From: Chrysomallon squamiferum
Taxonomy: Eukaryota; Animalia; Mollusca
NCBI GenBank assembly: GCA_012295275.1
Contig: CM022678.1
Span: 7,192,001 to 7,256,000 of the forward strand
Reading direction: 5' to 3'
DNA: 64,000 bases
The notes under the pieces: generated by a model
The model's database searches: none
The model's input: only the letters and a program-made list of their open reading frames with translations
What the model was told of the DNA's origin: nothing
In this document: piece by piece, positions 60,089 through 64,000 of the stretch
How the letters are laid out: each line of letters starts with the position of its first letter
Numbering within the stretch: position 1 is the first letter of the stretch
Made by a program: the position numbers and the translations under genes

Positions 60089-62676
60089 AACTGTTGAGAA
60101 GATTTGCTTTTGAATGTTAAATATTTTGGAATTGAAATAAATTGTTTTACTTTAATTTGTAGTGTGTTCCTGTATTACACTTTTCCTGCAGTTTATTTCA
60201 TTATATTCATAGTTGTGGTAATTGTTTTTATTGTTTGAACAGTTTACTAAATACCTACACAGACGGTGTTTTCAGTTTTCTTAAATATTTCAAAGGCGTG
60301 ACGTCAACAATATAATGACGTATTATAAATACATTTATGCTTGACGTCGTTCTGGGGGAATAATAATAGAAACAAGTCCGGATTAAAACATCATAATAAT
60401 AACTTATAATGACATGCTGTATTTAAAGAACCTTTACTTAGTCCACTGAAAGAAGGTTTCCACATAGGTCCACAGGATCAACCCTAGGTATTTCTATTCA
60501 GTTTATTACTTTTTTCTTCTTTATTTGACAGATTATTACACGTTGTGGTTTGGTTTACTCGTTCGCATATATATATAATATTTAATTCTATATATATATA
60601 TATATTTATTGGATGGAACGGAAGAATTATATATATATATATGTGAATGTATGTATGTCCGTTTGTATGTACGTATGTGTATAATATGCATGTACATACT
60701 CATACGCACACAGTACGCACAGATGACATCCAAGCATGTATATCCGGGCTAACTATATCGTAAAGAAGAAGTGAAATATTTTATATTAAAGATGTTGTCA
60801 GCACATTGTATTGAAGTTAGATGTCTTGGGAAAATAGTTAAGAACCATTAATATAATAAGAGAGGAAACCCGCTTGTGTGACGTAATGACCAACTCTTTT
60901 AGATTAGCAGAGAGGGATATTTTATATACACTTTCCTGCTGGCAGGATAGTATTTTCCGAGACTTGTGTCAGTTGAGGAGCAATGGTTAGAATGAAAAAT
61001 AATTGTAGACAATTTAGATACGAAACGGTCAACTCAGTAATAGTGTCACAATGAGTTTTTTCTACTACTACTACTACTACCACTACTAACTACTATTTAT
61101 TTATTTATTTACTATCATCGTCATCATCATCATCATCAACATTATTGTTGTTGTTGTTGTTGTTGCTGCTGCCGCTGTTGTTGTTGCTACTGCTACTGCT
61201 TTTGTTGTTGAATTTTAGTGATCGCACAAACTCTGTAAAGACTGGGTAATCGAAGACCACGCCTTTACTTGCAGTTAACAAAAAATATTTTTGCTCAATA
61301 AAATTCTGAAACATTCTTGTATCACACAACGTTTATAAAACATATACTTACATAATAATTAAAATGTAAAAAAAATATGTACTCCTCCATCTTCATTAAT
61401 GTAAGCTTTCTGAATAGAAAACAAAACTCAATAAAGACAAAGATTTTCAAAGAATTCCTTTCATGTTAAAAAGACGCTTGAAAACTGCTTACGTTTTATT
61501 GCATGTTCAAGAATGAAGGAAAAAATATATTTTTGGACTGTCGCTGTATACTGTTAGTGTTAACTTGTTAGAAAGGTAATCAACAGATTATTAATACATA
61601 TCCGAGTTGATACCTGACCTGATTCGATCTCAGTATCTGTCATTCAAACGGATGATGCTTAACCATGACGATGACATCAGAACAGGTAATTATTTTGTAG
61701 TGAGAGACTGCCCGTGCGATTTATCCTGCAAAGGGAATTGTTCAAAATTTATGTTTTAAACAGTTTAGATAAATGGAGCGATAATTAAAACATTCTTAAC
61801 ATAAAAACACATATTTATATGTAATATTATTAATATGAAATATGTTTGTGTGTACGTGTTAGTAAACTCACTGCAGACATAACAAGAAATTCCGCAGTAT
61901 ATATTTTTATATCTTCAAACAGTGAAGATTTTTCTATTCAACAAAGCAGTTTTACTTCAAAGTTTTTGCAAGTGTGACTTGAGGTGAAAGATGCAAAAAC
62001 CTTTAAATTGTTTTCCTGTTGTGTAAACTGTCCTTTTAAAAGAAACAAAATCGTGCCTTACCAGCACAAATTTAAATTCATCAGCACTGAATAAGGATTA
62101 ACTCCCTGTTTGTAATTCTTTTCATCGGTCTACCTGTCTCTTTATCCATCTATCTGCCTAACTACATACATACATATATACATTGACAATAAAAACTTAA
62201 AAAATTCATCAGTCTTCAAAAGTCATAGAACAGAAACAAGGAAAAATATTCACTATTTCAATATTTCATGACGTGATTAACGAAAAATATGTTAATTAAT
62301 TATTAAATGTCCGTTATTTTTCTCTCTCTCTTTTTTTTTTCTGCTGCATTGTCAATCCTTTGACACTTGATATACACAACTAACATCTATCAACAGTCAA
62401 TAAAAACAATAAACCAACATGTCAACAATCGAGAAAACAATCATTAATAAAAAAAAAGATTTCAGTTATTTCTATTGGACAAATAAATTCCGGTTACGTG
62501 CCTTACATGGCACCCATTACGGAAGTGCATTAATTATTATCACTTTTCCTTCTTTGTTTTTTGTGATTACATTTGCCCATAAAGCGTGAAAATTAATTTA
62601 CAACGAGGATGGTCATCTGTATTTAAAATCGAAAATTTCTCTCGTTCGTTCCGTAAATCCTTCTGAGACCTCTGCA

Positions 62677-63084
62677 ATGAAGGCAGTATTCATCTTTCTG
62701 GCTGCTGTGGTAGTTCTCGTGGTTAGTGCTCTCCCGCTTTCAGTGGCAGACGATACCGATGACGTCGAGAGAGAAGCAGATGATGATGACGGTGCTGTTG
62801 TTGACATGCGCGACCTCTCTGAAGACGACTTTCGTGAAATTGTTGAACACGTACGAGAAAATCTAAAACGAGCTGCAGGTGAGTTGTCTTGCTGTAGTTA
62901 GAAGTTAAAGGGTTAAACTTTACTCTGAGGTAAAAGGGTTAAAGTAAACAGTGGTGCAAAATAAAAAGATTATCTGAAAAGAACAATACGAATAATAATT
63001 AAGAAAGAATTTATATATTTTTCAGAGCTTTCTCTTTCTGCATATGTTTTCCTGTACAAGATTAATTATTTCCCTCTCGCTCAG

Positions 63085-63178
<94 letters not shown>

Positions 63179-63361
63179 TTTTCTCTGTATAATATATATA
63201 TCTGTCCTATCTATCTGTCTATGTATATATGTGTGGATGTATCTATTTGTCTGTCTGTCTCTCTGCCTGTGTCTATGTCTATCTATCCATCTGTATCTAC
63301 CTATCAATGTCTATCTATCTATCTATTTATCTACCTATGTATGTATGTATCTATCTATCTC

Positions 63362-63405
<44 letters not shown>

Positions 63406-63804
63406 CCTATCTATCTAATGTATCTCTAAATCTATCTATATACCTCCCTATCACATTCACTCACTCTCTTTCTCAATCTCGACTCAACATTTTTTTTCAT
63501 CTCTCTAATTCTCATTCCTCTCCGCAATCGCACAGAACATACTGTAACATTTAATTTTATTTGTTATTTTTATTTTTTTATTTTTCAACAAGATGAAATG
63601 ACTGTGAACCACGTAGAGATGATGGACGACGAGTCAAAGCTTCAGAAGAGACTTCTAAACTGGAAAATCAACAACAACTGGTCTGCTGGTATCGGAGGAA
63701 TCACTTGGCAAAACGACAGAAGGAACCTAAAGTTCAACATCAAACCTACGTTCACTGGTTTGAGACCCACCGGCTTCAGAGCCGGTCTTACTTTCAGATT
63801 TTAA
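62677..63804 (+). CDS. Secreted prepropeptide, copy 11 (clade D); exons 62677-62878 and 63593-63804; mature LLNWKINNNWSAGIGGITWQNDRRNLKFNIKPTFTGLRPTGFRAGLTFRF
   Basis: Recent duplicate of copy 10 (3721-bp period), intact frame and splice sites. Confidence 0.9.
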
Positions 63805-64000
63805 AACTGTTGAGAAGATTTGCTTTTGAATGTTAAATATTTTGGAATTGAAATAAATTGTTTTACTTTAATTTGTAGTGTGTTCCTGTATTACACTTTT
63901 CCTGCAGTTTATTTCATTATATTCATAGTTGTGGTAATTGTTTTTATTGTTTTGTACAGATACTAAATACCTACACAGACGGTGTTTTCAGTTTTCTTAA

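Overview
Very AT-rich, microsatellite-dense eukaryotic (invertebrate, probably molluscan/gastropod) genomic DNA. Left third: a complete 14-exon peroxisomal acyl-CoA oxidase 1 gene (ACOX1, minus strand, ends in SKL) head-to-head across ~680 bp with a complete 11-exon EFHC1/Rib72 ciliary gene (plus strand; two single-base frameshifts, probably assembly errors). From 24.8 kb to the window end there is a tandem array of at least 11 same-strand, two-exon genes encoding an apparently undescribed family of secreted prepropeptides: signal peptide, acidic pro-region, two Lys-Arg sites, then a 41-51 aa cysteine-free, Arg/Gly/aromatic-rich cationic mature peptide that always ends in a beta-strand with terminal Phe (..RAGLTFRF, ..KAGFTIKF, ..RAGFTWRF, ..RATFSWRF). 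The architecture is that of an antimicrobial-peptide family. The C-terminus matches the Gram-negative outer-membrane-protein beta-signal recognised by BamA, suggesting (hypothesis only) animal-encoded beta-signal mimics. The array's spacers record how it expanded. Also present: an internally deleted Tigger/pogo transposon, several minisatellites (one built from a splice donor), and candidate DR1, RFX, CGCG and CTCF motifs. Exon coordinates were read by eye; no database searches were run.
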